Shown here: positions 51,401-63,350 of the stretch, one piece after another | Numbering within the stretch: position 1 is the first letter of the stretch | Layout of the letters: the number at the start of each line of letters is the position of its first letter | DNA from: Botryllus schlosseri | Lineage: Eukaryota | Length of the DNA stretch: 64,000 nucleotides | Assembly: GCA_051294905.1 (NCBI GenBank) | Contig: CM119374.1 | Location: 18,600,001 to 18,664,000 of the forward strand | Direction: 5' to 3' | The notes under the pieces: generated by a model | Seen by the model: only the letters and a program-made list of their open reading frames with translations | Told to the model about the DNA's origin: nothing | The model's database searches: none | Translations under genes and position numbers: made by a program

Positions 51401-54400
51401 TAGTAGGGATCACTTGAAGAATGTGATTTGAGTTGAATCTCAACAGCTATGAGAACCATTCCTGTGGGCTAGCCAAATTAATGCTACTTAATAGTGATTA
51501 ATACACTTTATACCACCAAATTCGGAATCTCTACTCTTGCAATAGTGCTCGCCAAATTTCAGATTACAACGACAACACAGCCCACAGACTCTTTCGAATA
51601 AAAATTAATGACTCAAATGCTGAATGTCGACTCCAAATAACAAGTATGATGGTCTCATTGTTTGTTAACTTTGACCTGCCACAGCCCGGCTAAGTCGGTG
51701 TGGCTGTACGAATGTGGACCTTGTCATTATGAATCTCATCAACTTACCCACATTTGAATCAGGGACACATTCCAAAATGCCTTGACTGCATTGACTGAAA
51801 ACAATAATATTTTTTATGTTACATTTGAAACTGCCGATTATCAATTCCAGCATATTGAGAGCAAACTAATTGTATATTCGCAAACAAATGGAACACATAA
51901 ACAAAAAATTTGACAAAGACACGCAATGATATGTTATAGGATGCATTACGAATTTTCATTCATTGCAAGTGGTAAAAGATAACATAGATTACACTGTGCT
52001 GTGTTTGAAAATTATTTTTCAAAGGTCAAAGATGTTTCAACTGTTTTTGGATCAGTTTTTCGTGCTGAACTCAAAAATCCAACCAGTTTTTCTCAATCAG
52101 GTCAAGTTTTTCTCCACGTCATATTCAATTATGTTAGCTTTTGGTCATTATTCTACACAAAGAAACCAATTTCTGTGGTAGCTTGATTGGTTATGCATGT
52201 TATAAATTTTTCGAAGATGGTATTTTTATTTGAATTCAAGGTTAATGCCATGACAGCCGTTTTAAATACTACTAAAATATAATAACACAGTTGAAATAAA
52301 GGCACTTACAACTAACCAACAAATCATAATTTTGTTCAATGGCGCTCAACCTAACAGAAGAAGGTATAAGTTGATATGTTAAAGGTTACACTATAGACAC
52401 GTAAACACTTCTAACATCACAAATGTGTTTTAAATTCTTGCCAACATCAATGTTGGAAGTGTGAAATGAAAACAAAGTATTCAAAATAGCTTAACAAAGA
52501 AAGCGTTGTGCGGAACATGATGATAAATTAAACTGATACTGATACTGATATTCCGACGATAAATACAATAACAATATATGATGTAAATGATTTATGCTGA
52601 CAATAAATGTAGCTTCAAAGATTTCCTTCTCTGTGTGGAGTTATGTGGATATCTCTTTAAGCACCAACAGTAATATGCAAACATGTTTAAGTCCCTGTAT
52701 CCTTTATACCTTTCTTCCATCTGGTAAAAGTCTTGGTGGAATCTCTCTCCGGGTTATTTGCTGTAATCACCACAGTTGACTGGAAAATTAATCCTAATGA
52801 GAAGTCAGAAAGCGCATTTTCACAGACATCGGGGCTCCAGAGGATTTAAAGCTTTCAAGCAGCCCTTTGACCTGTGCTTCATAATCAGGGCTTCTTTCCG
52901 GGGAAGTTTAAAATGACTACTCGAAAAGTTGCCCATGGTCATTTTTCTACTGTCACCCCTGTGTGCAGTGAAGCCTTCGTCTTTGATCAATTCACATATC
53001 TGTGGTCTATGCTCAAAGGTGATAATAATCCTGAAACGTCTTTACAGTAGGCTATACTATAGGGCAGTGGTTCTCAAACTTTTTTAGTCACTTGATAGTG
53101 AAAAATTTTGCGCCCTCTTCTTGTGATATTACGAAATATTAAAGAGAGAAATCATATTCCTAGCAATCGCAACGGACAGTTTTGTGGCATTTAAGGTTAT
53201 GGCTATTGAGGAGAGAATTCTCAAATATGAAATTCGGGCAATAGACAATAGACAACAGATAAACCATGAGCTGGTCGTAAATCGCGCGAAGCGCGAAAAA
53301 TTTCAGTTAACACCGGCTTCGCACCCCTCTTCATATGCTTTCGTGTCCCCCACTTTAAGAACCACTGCTATAGGGAACGGTCTTCGTCATAATTGAAATA
53401 TTTTCTAAACTTTTCATCAAAGCATCATTGCTAAATTCTTTTTATGACGTCACAAATCTCAATCGCATAACGCTGAAAACTGTAGTTTTTGAAAATTCAA
53501 ATGCAATTTACCAAAAATCTAGACCTGATTGAAGAAAACGGATAACAGTTTTGGATTCAGCACCAAAAAGTACACTAAGGACCGTCAATACTTTAGCAAC
53601 CTTAAAATTAACGCAGCACAGTGTTATTAAGGATATTCATAAATGAAAGGCATATGTGAATGATGACAAATATTAGTAAACAAACTTTCACATATTGTAA
53701 TATTTTGACGTACCAGAAACGATAGCTGTTCACCGAAACAACTGTATTAGGTGGTATTCTTCTATCTTCTTCATAATAGCACTCACAATCTTCTTTAAAC
53801 ACGCAGAGACCGCTATCGCTCAAATATTTACCTAAAAAGAACAACGTATCCATGGAACTATTGGATCATGTGAGATTTTGAGAAAATGAAATAAATACGC
53901 TAAGATTTCAATCTGGTTAGACATCAATCCTCAGTTTGTTGTGCTCGGAAATTGTTTTCGTAATGGTTGACAATGTTTTCTAATCTTCCTATCTTAGATA
54001 CAAAGTCGTGGGATTTAGAAACTTTTAACAGGGATCAAAATACAACAAGTTTAACCCAACTTCATCCGTAGACTACATTATATTTTACAAATTGGAAAGG
54101 GTAAGAGGTATCCATTATAATAATCCATTGTAGTACTGATCATGTCTTGATGTCATCAAGTAAAGCTTGATAAAACTTATAAAGTGTTTGAGGGATCACA
54201 CTGCAGGCAGGGGAATGAGAATGAAGAAAGGCATGATGGGAATTTCAACATTGATAACAGTGTGGTGTAATGACTGTCATCTTGTCTAAGATTTGGACTT
54301 GGACAAAAAAGTAAATGTCATTCAATTGTAATTTTGTACTTCCAATTCTGCCACGATGTTGCAATTGCTTTTGTTATTTTTTCAATTTATATTCATGAAT

Positions 54401-57400
54401 TGTATTTGGAACTGGATTTAACAATAGATTTATTAGTCTACTCTGGCTGGATGAAAGCCAGCTAAAACAATTATCACCTAAAAGTAAATAGCATCCACAG
54501 ACCTAGCATGGTCAGACCTCTGTACTAGAATATTATGTCACTGATTTTTCAACTTATATTTTGATAGATTTACTTGATTCTATCTCTGATAACTCATGCT
54601 GGATCACCGGCAATACTAAAATTCACGAGCTTTCCTTTGAAATCAAGCTTCAAACAACGTTACACAGAGAAAATAGGAGCCTTACCACTCGGGCAATTGC
54701 ATCCTTCGACCATTGAGTGAGGCCCACAATTCTCCGGAAACATACGAGATTTACAAGATTTGTTGCAACGCGTGCTGTATTCAAAGTACATCATCGTGTC
54801 TGGGCAAGAGATCTCCGCTGTATAAATACAAGTAATGTACAATGTTAGATCGAGTGATGGAAAAGCCTTATATCATGGCAAACACCAATGCTGTTATGAG
54901 CATTTCAGTGTTGGCTGATGTATTATTCAGATGCGTGTAGGTGAAAACTGTGACATATTAAACTTGATATTTTATACATAGATACAACTTCAAAACGAAA
55001 AGTCCTTTAGTTACCTTATGACAATCATTATTATAAGTCGTGCAAAAATATTAAACAGTGATTGTGTTTGCTCGTCCGTGGCTGGGTTTTTGGGGTGGCA
55101 GATATCGACACAATTTGTACCTGGGCCGGCAGATTGTGAGAGAGCGAGTGCTTCAATCACTGATGGTTCTCTATGATATATTAGTTTATGATGTGCAAAT
55201 AAATAAATAAATACATACATAGGAAAAGGTTCGGTAGCACAGAGTTTGCATAATGATTTAGAATCCACTTACGGCATCCGAATTCACTTCTCCAGTTTTC
55301 TATTTGCAGACTGTTCCTAGCGCACTGTATCGCATAGACCGCCAGCGACTTGCAGATGCACAACGTAAATTCATTGGTGCAGCGACAGCCGTCTTCTACA
55401 CATTGATAATAATATTCCTGAGGATCTATCACCGACTCGCATTTCTTGAACTTTGTAAATACTTCCATGCATTTCAACTCCACTGTTGTCCCTGAAAGCA
55501 ATGTATCTTGCGTAGAAGTTGAATGCATGGTAAATCAAGTCATAGGTCAGCCGATCACAGCTACGAGCACCGACTTAGCAGGTCAGTTGGCCAACAATTA
55601 ATAATTACAGGGTCCATTGCTAATAGAGTGTTTGAAACCAGATTTGATTAGACCAAGTTACATACACGGCAAAGGAATTTCATTGGCTGATTTTATAGGC
55701 CCATACTAGGACATCATCGATTTTTAGCGAAATTTGCGGGATTATTTTTAGTCTTTTCTTTGACATTTGACAATTCACTTTTCAGCAAATGATTCCCCAA
55801 TCCCCCGCTAATTTCCAAATATTCAGCAATGCCACAGACAATTTCCGGGCCCAAATTTTGAATCCCAGCCTATAGAGTAAGTTCTCAAATACCAAAATGG
55901 AATCATTTTTACAGCCAGCGCATGCAATTCTATGAATAATCGTCCGAGCATACTTTCTTGTGCGCAAGTGAACTGATTGACGGGACCCACATCCGGGCAA
56001 GTCTCGTCCGCCTTATAGTGATTGCCGAATGCAGACGCGATCATGGAGCTTATTCCGTTTCGATAGAGGAAATCATCCGTTGTTATCCAGCTGTAATAGC
56101 CAGCCATGCCCAAAAACATTTCTGAGAAGGGAAAAAAATAAGAAATGCTAGTGTCCAGCGTTATCCAAGCTGATACAGCTTCTGTGAATCACACAATTAT
56201 GGATTCGGTAACGTTTAGCTTTATGCTACAAATTGAGATAACAGATAACAGAGGCCGCAGAGTAGTCACTTGTGTTGCTCGGATACAAATAATACAGTAA
56301 ACTTGAATGGAAATATACATAGCTAAAATGCTTCGTTCCAAAACTAAAAAAGTGAACCTCGGTGTCTCAGTGGCATGAATATATGAAGAGTTTCTTCATT
56401 CCACAGCAGCACAATTCCAAATTCATGGATTTCAATACTGATATACATCGAAGACAGCGTGCGCACAGTGAACAAACCTGAGAACAGACAAGGTTCATTG
56501 CAAGGCCATTGCTAAATGACATCAGATTTTACGTGAGGAAAGTTACTATTTGCCAGCTATGGCCTAAAAGATTTGAGTAGTCAAATTTCAGACAAACATC
56601 AACTGAAATAATTACAGTCGATTAAAAGCAGTTATTTTTTATATCTATGTAATAAAATTAGTGTACATAACTAAAAGCATATGCGGAATCTTTAGATAAT
56701 CTCACCAAACTCAAACGGAATCGGAAGTGGCTGCGATCCCATTACGACATTGTTTTTCCCGTTGATCGTGAGCTTGACAGGGTTTGAATTTTCCGAGGAG
56801 AACTTCACAATAACTTCACTGAAATTTATGGAATCAAGCAGAGTCGACTGTACATAAACTCATGTCAGCATATCGAAGATGTTATCGTGAAAATTTTGAT
56901 GTACGTTTGCATATTAGGCACACACCAAGGACTACCACAGAGCATAGGAAATTACATAAAATAAAGGAATTTTCAGATAATATACGACACATAATTCAGC
57001 TACCTTAGACACACTGACGAGGTCGAACAGGCACCGTTTGTGTTGACATCAAGAATGAAGCTGTTATCAGAGAAGCTGACAACGTTGTATTCACACTGCC
57101 CCCTGTAGCTATACCACACGCCATCGAAGGTTTTCCAATGCAGTGACCCGTGCACTATCGCCCATCCTAAAAAACAGTGGTTAAGGAACAGGCACATCTC
57201 AAAATTGATCACTGGTCACTTGGTCAGTGTAGCAACTGATGATACTCAAGTGCAAATAGCAAACGTAAAAAAGTTATGCCATTTAAGGCAGTCAAACAAG
57301 CCTTTCACAAACTAGCATTTAGTGTGAATCGCTTCATTTCCCAGTTCGATGCATCATACAAATGCATCATAGCAAGAATACATTTCAATTTCTTCCATAT

Positions 57401-60400
57401 ACGATTTTAATACAGGTACCGCCAATGTAACAATATCTAATATACATACTAAATCTGTCACTATTGATTAAACAACAGATTCAATTCAACAGGGATATAC
57501 AGAAAAATACAAACAATCCATTTGTGAATCCCACTTTAGTACACACTGCACAGTGTAAGTAGAAATTCTGTCTTACTGGCCACCTTTGGAATAGCGTTAT
57601 AACTTACTCGGACACTCGTTATCTGTACAGGTCCATTTCCCAGATTGACATTCACTGGAGAAATAAGAAGGAGATTAATAAATTCTAATTATACTGTATA
57701 GCACTGGTTACCAACTCAAAACGGGTCACGTGCGACTTTTCAAATTTTGTGAAGGCTGCGAGCCGCATGAAATCAATATCAAGACAAAATAGGCCGCACA
57801 GTTTAAGGGGCACTGCACTCTAAATATGATGTTGTATCAAATGAAAGATGAAATCAGGAAAAACCCTTTGGCCACAGCCATTTTTTTCAGAAAGCTGCCG
57901 TAATGGAACTGCATTAAAAAGTAAAGTCTAACTATTCCCATTCCACGTTGTTTTTGTGGGTCGCTTTTTTACCCCGCGGGTGCTAGCCATTTCACTGCCT
58001 GGGCACATCAATATCAAAGGTTTCAGCAAGCATAAAGTTGTCATTATGAGTCACGGTTTTATAGTCATTGATCTTTTCGACTGCGTACTTCAAAGAGTCG
58101 CATGTTGGCCCAAACTGCTTCATGGTCCCAAATAATTGTCTTGAGGACCTTAGTTTGACAACCGCTGCTGTGTAGGATGGTCACAAATCGAAACCTTGGC
58201 CTCGCGCATCTATGGCAACTGTCTTGGTTAAATCAAATACTTCTTTGAAAGTGAGCCGTTATTCTTATTTTAGATGAACGTCGTCTCTGCTAATTTTTAC
58301 GAGTTGTTTCAATTGAAAACTTGATTGTGACGATTTTATTGAATAACGATATGCAAATCTGCCCGAACACCATTTCTACCTCACAAAATATAAAAAATGA
58401 AACCTAAGCGATTAAGTTGCAGAAATTTCAAAAGTAAATGTAAATGAGTTGTAAATTCTACTTATTTGATGCAAGCGGAGAAAACTGATGTGTGTATCAA
58501 GAAAAAGCAAAACTACTTTGATGATGGTAATTGAACTGGTTTTGCGTATAGAACTTTGCGACAAAATTCCTGTTTCAGGTGCTGAAATTTTGCAAATGGA
58601 TTGCTATCTCACCAAGTATTGCAATCGATAGCGATCACATCGCTGGTATGGTACGAGATTTCACCAAATTTGCAAGGGCAATCTTCCACAAGAACACACT
58701 TCAGGCCATCGACCGACAAAACCATATCTGAAAATGATAAACAGCTGTTTGAGATAAGAAAAATTCTACTGCATTCATGTGCAGTTATTCTAGATCAGTG
58801 GTTCGTAACCTCCTTGTGACGGTCGAGCCGAGATTGTAGATGAGATAAAGGATTTGTGTATTGTGATCTGCTTACATATATGGATCAATAACTTGTCAGT
58901 TATTAACTGCGGAATGCTACCATTGGTTATGTTACAAAGCTGGGGAAATTCCACAAATGGTGATACCTCAGGAAAGTATTATTCTAGATTTGGTTGGTGA
59001 CCCCAAGTCAACTTCCTATAAGTCAAATATGACTACATGACAGTATATACAATTGCATAGTATATTCATATTTAAATGAACCCGAATATTTTCGGCTGAC
59101 ACTCGTCAGGGGTAATTGTCAGCAACTAGTAGAGAATTCGAAAGAACAGCGTATATCAACAATCGTAACACAAAATATGACGTCACCAGCACGAAATGTC
59201 GAATACGAGATCGTTCAATGTACTATTTTTAGATGATACACGAACTCTTTTTGTTGACACAGCCATGGCTGGTGTATTTTGATAAAAGTCGACTCCAAGG
59301 CACACAAATGAAAGTGTGAGCGACTCTTTCCGAGTATGCGAAATCTGTCGTCTCGATAATTTTTCGCACAGGCGGGATTATCCAACAAGTGTTTGCCAAT
59401 TGCAGAATTTATGGCCTTTGATTGTTCCGCATCGATCTTGAGCGGATGAGTTAAGGGTGAGCTTTTCAGTATATGAAAACAAACTGCTGTTAAAAACTGC
59501 TTGGCAGATAAATATTTCACTCTTGAAGGGGCACTGCACTCTAAAAATGATGTGGTCTCAAATTGAAGGGCGAAACGAAGAAAAAAAAATTGGCCGCAGC
59601 CATTTTCTTCAGAACGCCACTGTAATGGAGCGGCAATTTCTTGAAATTTCTACAAGGGTTTTACGCTCCAGCAGTCACGCAGAGATCGAACTTTATATAG
59701 TTGTAAGCCGATGTTATGAAGGAAATATGTCGTACACGCCAAGGTGGTTTAGATAACGCGTTCAACGGAAGATGGTGGCGTTCTGAAGAAAACGGCTGCG
59801 GCCAAATTTTTTTTCTCGTTTTGCCCTTCAATTTGAGACCACATCATTTTTAGAGTGCAGTGCCCCTTTAACGTAGGCTTACCATATTTTGGAAATCAAA
59901 AAAGAGGACACTTTTTCAGAAATTTGCAACTTGCAAAACCGGAGTGAAATTCTCAAAAACCTGTTAACTTTTACCACTTTGTGATCGGCTGACTAAAAAA
60001 AAGGTTATTCTTTTCTGCTCAGAACTCAAAATACCGTTTTTCTCTCCACATTGCCAGGCGGATGACTAAAAAAAAAAAAAGGTCATCTTTCCCGCTCAGA
60101 GCTCAAAATACCGTTTTTCTCTCCACACTCAGAGCTAAAATCACCGTTTTTCACTCCGAAATACCCGCCGGAGCTTCACTTCTGTGCTGATATGCGGGTT
60201 ATCACTCGCCATTTGCTCTAAATCTGCCTAAATTTTCAAAAAAGAGGACAAAATCTCAAAAAAGAGGACAAAAGTGCGTCCTCCGAGGACACTTTCAAAA
60301 AAGTCAAAAAAGAGGACAAATCCTCTTAAAAGAGGACGTATGGTAAGCCTACTTTAACGCAGACATTCCTTTTGACCCTAAAGGTTTTGATCAACCTGCA

Positions 60401-62815
60401 GCTATTATAGTTTATAGCATATATCAGCAGCGTATATCCTGGAAAGCTTTTTCCGAAGGTTTCATCACCGAGTCTGAGACTAGTCTAAGCAGTCTTCAAA
60501 TGAGATTCAGTAATGACTCACACTCACTGACCGTAAAACCGCAGATGTCTTGTTACAATAACGAAACAAAGTGAAAAATTAAAGACTGAATAAATTTGGT
60601 TTTGGTTGACTTCAAAAGGCACAAAAATGTAAGCCTAATCAGAAATCCTGAAATATTATTCCTTTTTCACAAGACTAGGCATTTCTGACTAAAAAGAAAA
60701 AGCAAGCAGGGCTTTTATGACAACAATTATACTTCGTTGTCGATCCAATTAGTGCTAGGGCAGGCCGATAGCACATTCCCTATCTACTTTTATGTTACGC
60801 TATTTGTCAAAGTGGGCCAATATGTAGATTAGAACTGCAGACGGATATCTCATATATACTCCATCGACGAAAATAGACTTAAATAGTTTAATAGTGTAGA
60901 CTTGAAAAAGTGTTCAACAAACAATGATATCCTTGCATACCTCGCGGACACCTGCATCCTTCGCCACTTCTGTCATGGCAGTCCTCGTTGTGCGAAGATT
61001 GACATGTCTTCAAACAACCAGGTGCTTCTTCTGTGTAATACTGATCGCCCTCACATGATATTGGCTCTGAATTACATTATGGAAGCACTGTAATCACTGG
61101 GGCGATTTTTTTGACTCGTCAAAATTTGTCAAAATTTTGTCATAATTGTAGCGTTAGGTCAAAATTTGTCAAAATTGTTTACAAAGTCAAAATTTCTTTG
61201 ACCTCTACATTTTGTTTGTATTGTAGATTCGCACTGTCTGTGAACCTAACATTTGATATTTTACATCTTGTAGCCTACTTCATAGGCCTACCGTTGTAGA
61301 CGGCCCATTGTCTGCTCATTGTGAATCATAAACGGTCAAATGAAACAAATAGTTTGGCATGGTGTTATGGTCAACGTACCACAATATCCTTACTGAAGCA
61401 AGACTGCTTGGGTATTGCATGGTTCTTATAGCGAGAAGCGCATGATGAAAAATTGTGATGTAGACAGCACTGTCAGAATGAAGCAACACGGTGTGTCACA
61501 AGCAGTGAACCACTACTTCAGTGTTGTCATCCAACAACTGCTGCTGTTGAACGTTCTTTCTCCATTCTTGGCAAGCTACTTAGCAAGGACACACACTTTC
61601 TCAGGGTTGTAATGACTCGAGTCAGACTCGAGTCACGATTTTCAGATGACTCGACTCGAGTCATTTTCTCAAAATACGGAAATGACTCGACTCGACTCGA
61701 GTCAATCTGTGTATTGACTCGACTTGGACTCGAGTCATTGCGCATGACTCGAAGCAAGTCATTGACTCGAGATTCAGACGGCCAAGACCGACATTTCATT
61801 GTAATTTCGAAGCCAACACACTATTGGGATTTCGTTTGTTGGTACTGGTGCTTGAAAATGCGACCAGAAACTGCTAAAAGTGAGGAAAATTGATATATTA
61901 TAAATGCGAACCATTCAATATCACCAAACAGAGTTAAAAAAGTGGGTTTAGGAAGACTTTAACTGGAAACTGAGCAGTCAACACAATGACTTGGACTTGG
62001 ACTTGAGTCGTAATACCATGACTCGGACTCGATCCTCTGTTCGCTGACTTGGACTCGGACTTGACTCGGTGGGAATTGAAAATGACTCGACTTGACTCGA
62101 GTCAAAAATTGTGACTTGGTTACAACCCTGCACTTTCTACCCGAGAATGTAGGAAAGTATCTTTCGTTGTACTACAACAAATTTTTATCACTTCTACCAT
62201 AATACTGGAATTCTTCATAGAGCCAGATTCCGTTAAAATACTAGTTTTTTTGAGGTTTGTCAGTTTTTAAGCCAAAAACGCTTTTTCTGGCCAAACTACG
62301 TCGCAAGGACAAACAGCAGAAATGAAGATAAGTACGTAGTACAATTTTAACATTATGTGAGAAAACACATGATTTGCATACTTGAGGTCAAAATTTGGTC
62401 AAAATTCAGTATTCTTATGTCAAAAAAATTCAAAATGTCCATTTTTTAGGTAAAAAAAAAATCGCCCTGGTAATCACCATTGCAAAACGAATATATGCTA
62501 AACTCAACTTAAGAAAGACTGGCGAGTATACTCTGGGAGACCTTGTCAAGGCTAGATTAGGATTTTTGACAGAATTTCTAGTCGGATAAACTCACTGCAC
62601 ATTTCCTCAGTCCGCCAGTCTTTAACAGGATTGCCAAGTCTGGCGCAATGCCTCGATAACCGTGTCAGCACCGAGCAATGACAGTCGCTGAATCGATCTG
62701 CTTCGCAGGAGCATGCGTCATGAACACACAACTCATAGTATGTGTCATGGTGCAATTTCTCAAGGCAGCCTTCGAAGGCATGCGAGTAGATGATTTTACA
62801 CACGATGTGTCCGAT
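30455..62815 (-). CDS. Gel-forming mucin / VWF-family protein (partial D1, D2, D', D3, PTS-like repeat, CTCK; no D4); 5' end beyond window
   Basis: 23 phase-consistent GT-AG exons: 62815-62596, 61066-60941, 58727-58613, 57654-57608, 57166-57004, 56818-56706, 56477-56358, 56121-55954, 55491-55273, 54817-54686, 53831-53714, 51794-51748, 51309-51178, 48693-48567, 48258-47955, 47213-47028, 45591-45352, 44603-44447, 43295-43178, 43091-42958, 42491-35868, 31753-31589, 30576-30455 (9897 nt). Motifs include TFDG, VCGLCGNYDDNKNNDF, C8 WRT..C, ETCSCESGGDCECYC, and CTCK CMGYC...CGCC...CSC. Confidence 0.9.
31056..31434. mobile_element. hAT (Charlie-like) MITE
   Basis: TIR CAGTGGTTCCCAAC at both ends; perfect TSD atctagag (31048-31055 and 31435-31442), fitting the NTCTAGAN target preference of Charlie elements. 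Confidence 0.92.
33248..34519. mobile_element. Non-autonomous hAT element with ACTTCTACT/TACTTGAGTA subterminal repeats
   Basis: TIRs CAGGGGTGGTCA / CAGAGGTGGTCA; perfect TSD cctgtcac (33240-33247 and 34520-34527). Confidence 0.88.
36060..42200 (-). repeat. 78-bp (26-aa) coding tandem repeat, about 75-80 copies, within the 6624-nt mucin exon
   Basis: Unit GGTATGPVGGSATAPVGGVSTVT(PII/SAI), internally 8+8+10 aa. There is one 27-bp irregular duplication near 39934-39960. Confidence 0.97.
49389..50695. mobile_element. hAT-type MITE, probably with a second GC-rich element nested at ~49924-50384
   Basis: TIRs CAGGGGCGGCCAACC / CAGGCGTGGCTAACC; TSD agttacat / cgttacat. An internal CAGTGGT...AACCACTG segment with poly-C runs lacks a clean TSD. 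Confidence 0.7.
53065..53367. mobile_element. hAT-type MITE
   Basis: TIR CAGTGGTTCT at both ends; perfect TSD ctataggg (53057-53064 and 53368-53375). Confidence 0.9.
57806..57910 (+). mobile_element. Partial copy of the Kolobok-type MITE (one terminus)
   Basis: AGGGGCACTGCACTCTAAATATGATGTTGTATCAAATG...GGCCACAGCCATTTTTTTCAGAA resembles the 59527 terminus. The other end was not found. Confidence 0.6.
59060..59526 (-). mobile_element. Penelope-like retroelement 3' fragment (GIY-YIG C-terminal part)
   Basis: ORF 59215-59520 contains SAIGKHLLDNPACAKNYRDDRFRIL...HLCALESTFIKIHQPWLCQQKEF, the typical end of PLE GIY-YIG endonucleases. It is followed by a hammerhead motif and bounded at its 5' side by the Kolobok-type MITE. 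Confidence 0.8.
59080..59113 (-). ncRNA. Minimal type I hammerhead ribozyme (Penelope-associated)
   Basis: - strand ACCC-CUGACGA-GUGUCAGCC-GAAA-AUAUUC-GGGU: core CUGAnGA/GAAA, stem I ACCC/GGGU, palindromic stem III AAUAUU, and a UUC cleavage triplet. Confidence 0.75.
59527..59867. mobile_element. Kolobok-type MITE with ~95-bp TIRs
   Basis: AGGGGCACTGCACTCTAAAAATGATGTGGTCTCAAATTGAAGGGC...GAAGAA inverted at both ends; flanked by ttga / ttaa; AG...CT termini. Confidence 0.8.
59874..60351. mobile_element. hAT (Tip100-like) MITE
   Basis: TIR TAGGCTTACCATA; perfect TSD ctttaacg (59866-59873 and 60352-60359); AAAGAGGAC subterminal repeats. Confidence 0.9.
61098..62469. mobile_element. hAT-type non-autonomous element hosting a nested MITE
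   Basis: Termini TGGGGCGATTTTTT / CAGGGCGATTTTTT; perfect TSD gtaatcac (61090-61097 and 62470-62477). Confidence 0.8.
61602..62130. mobile_element. hAT-type MITE with GACTCGAGTC palindromic subterminal repeats
   Basis: TIR CAGGGTTGTAA; perfect TSD cactttct (61594-61601 and 62131-62138). Confidence 0.9.
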
Positions 62816-63136
62816 CTGTGGATTGGAGAGAGGTATAAACACAACATTGGAATGAAGGAATGAATAAATATCACATGACCAAAAAACATAGTAGATGAAT
62901 GCTATTTTTGGTCAAGTATTCTTGGCGCTTATTGTGAAACAGTAATTCAATGTTGCTTTACATTCATTTGTCTTATAATAAAGTATGTTCGGAAACCGCT
63001 CATTATATTTTTCAACTGAAAACTCAATATTCCCAACATTTTTGAGAGCAGAATCGTCAAAAACTGGGGGATTTCGCTATTGACTCTTCAGTTAGTAATT
63101 AGTGTCAGGGTCAGAGCCATTGCACACTCGTAATCA

Positions 63137-63350
63137 GGGATGTAAATTGTAACCAAGTCACAAGGTTGAAGGTTCCCAGTCACAAGTCAAGTCATATAGA
63201 ATGTGCTGAGTCATACATAATGACTCGAGTACAAATGAAGTCAATACACAAATTGCGTCGAGTTGAGATAGTCATTTTCCATTTTCAAGAAAATGACTCG
63301 AGTCAAGTCGAGTCTACGAAAAATTGTGAATCGAGTCCGATTACTTGAGT
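63137..63350. repeat. Degenerate copy of the GACTCGAGTC MITE family
   Basis: TTGTAACCAAGTCACAA plus repeated GACTCGAGT(C); termini are not clean. Confidence 0.55.

Noticed and set aside
61602-62130. Short repeated palindromes (GACTCGAGTC) resembling a CRISPR-like array
   Set aside because: Irregular spacing, no unique spacers, eukaryotic context, and enclosure by TIRs and a TSD. These are transposase-binding subterminal repeats.
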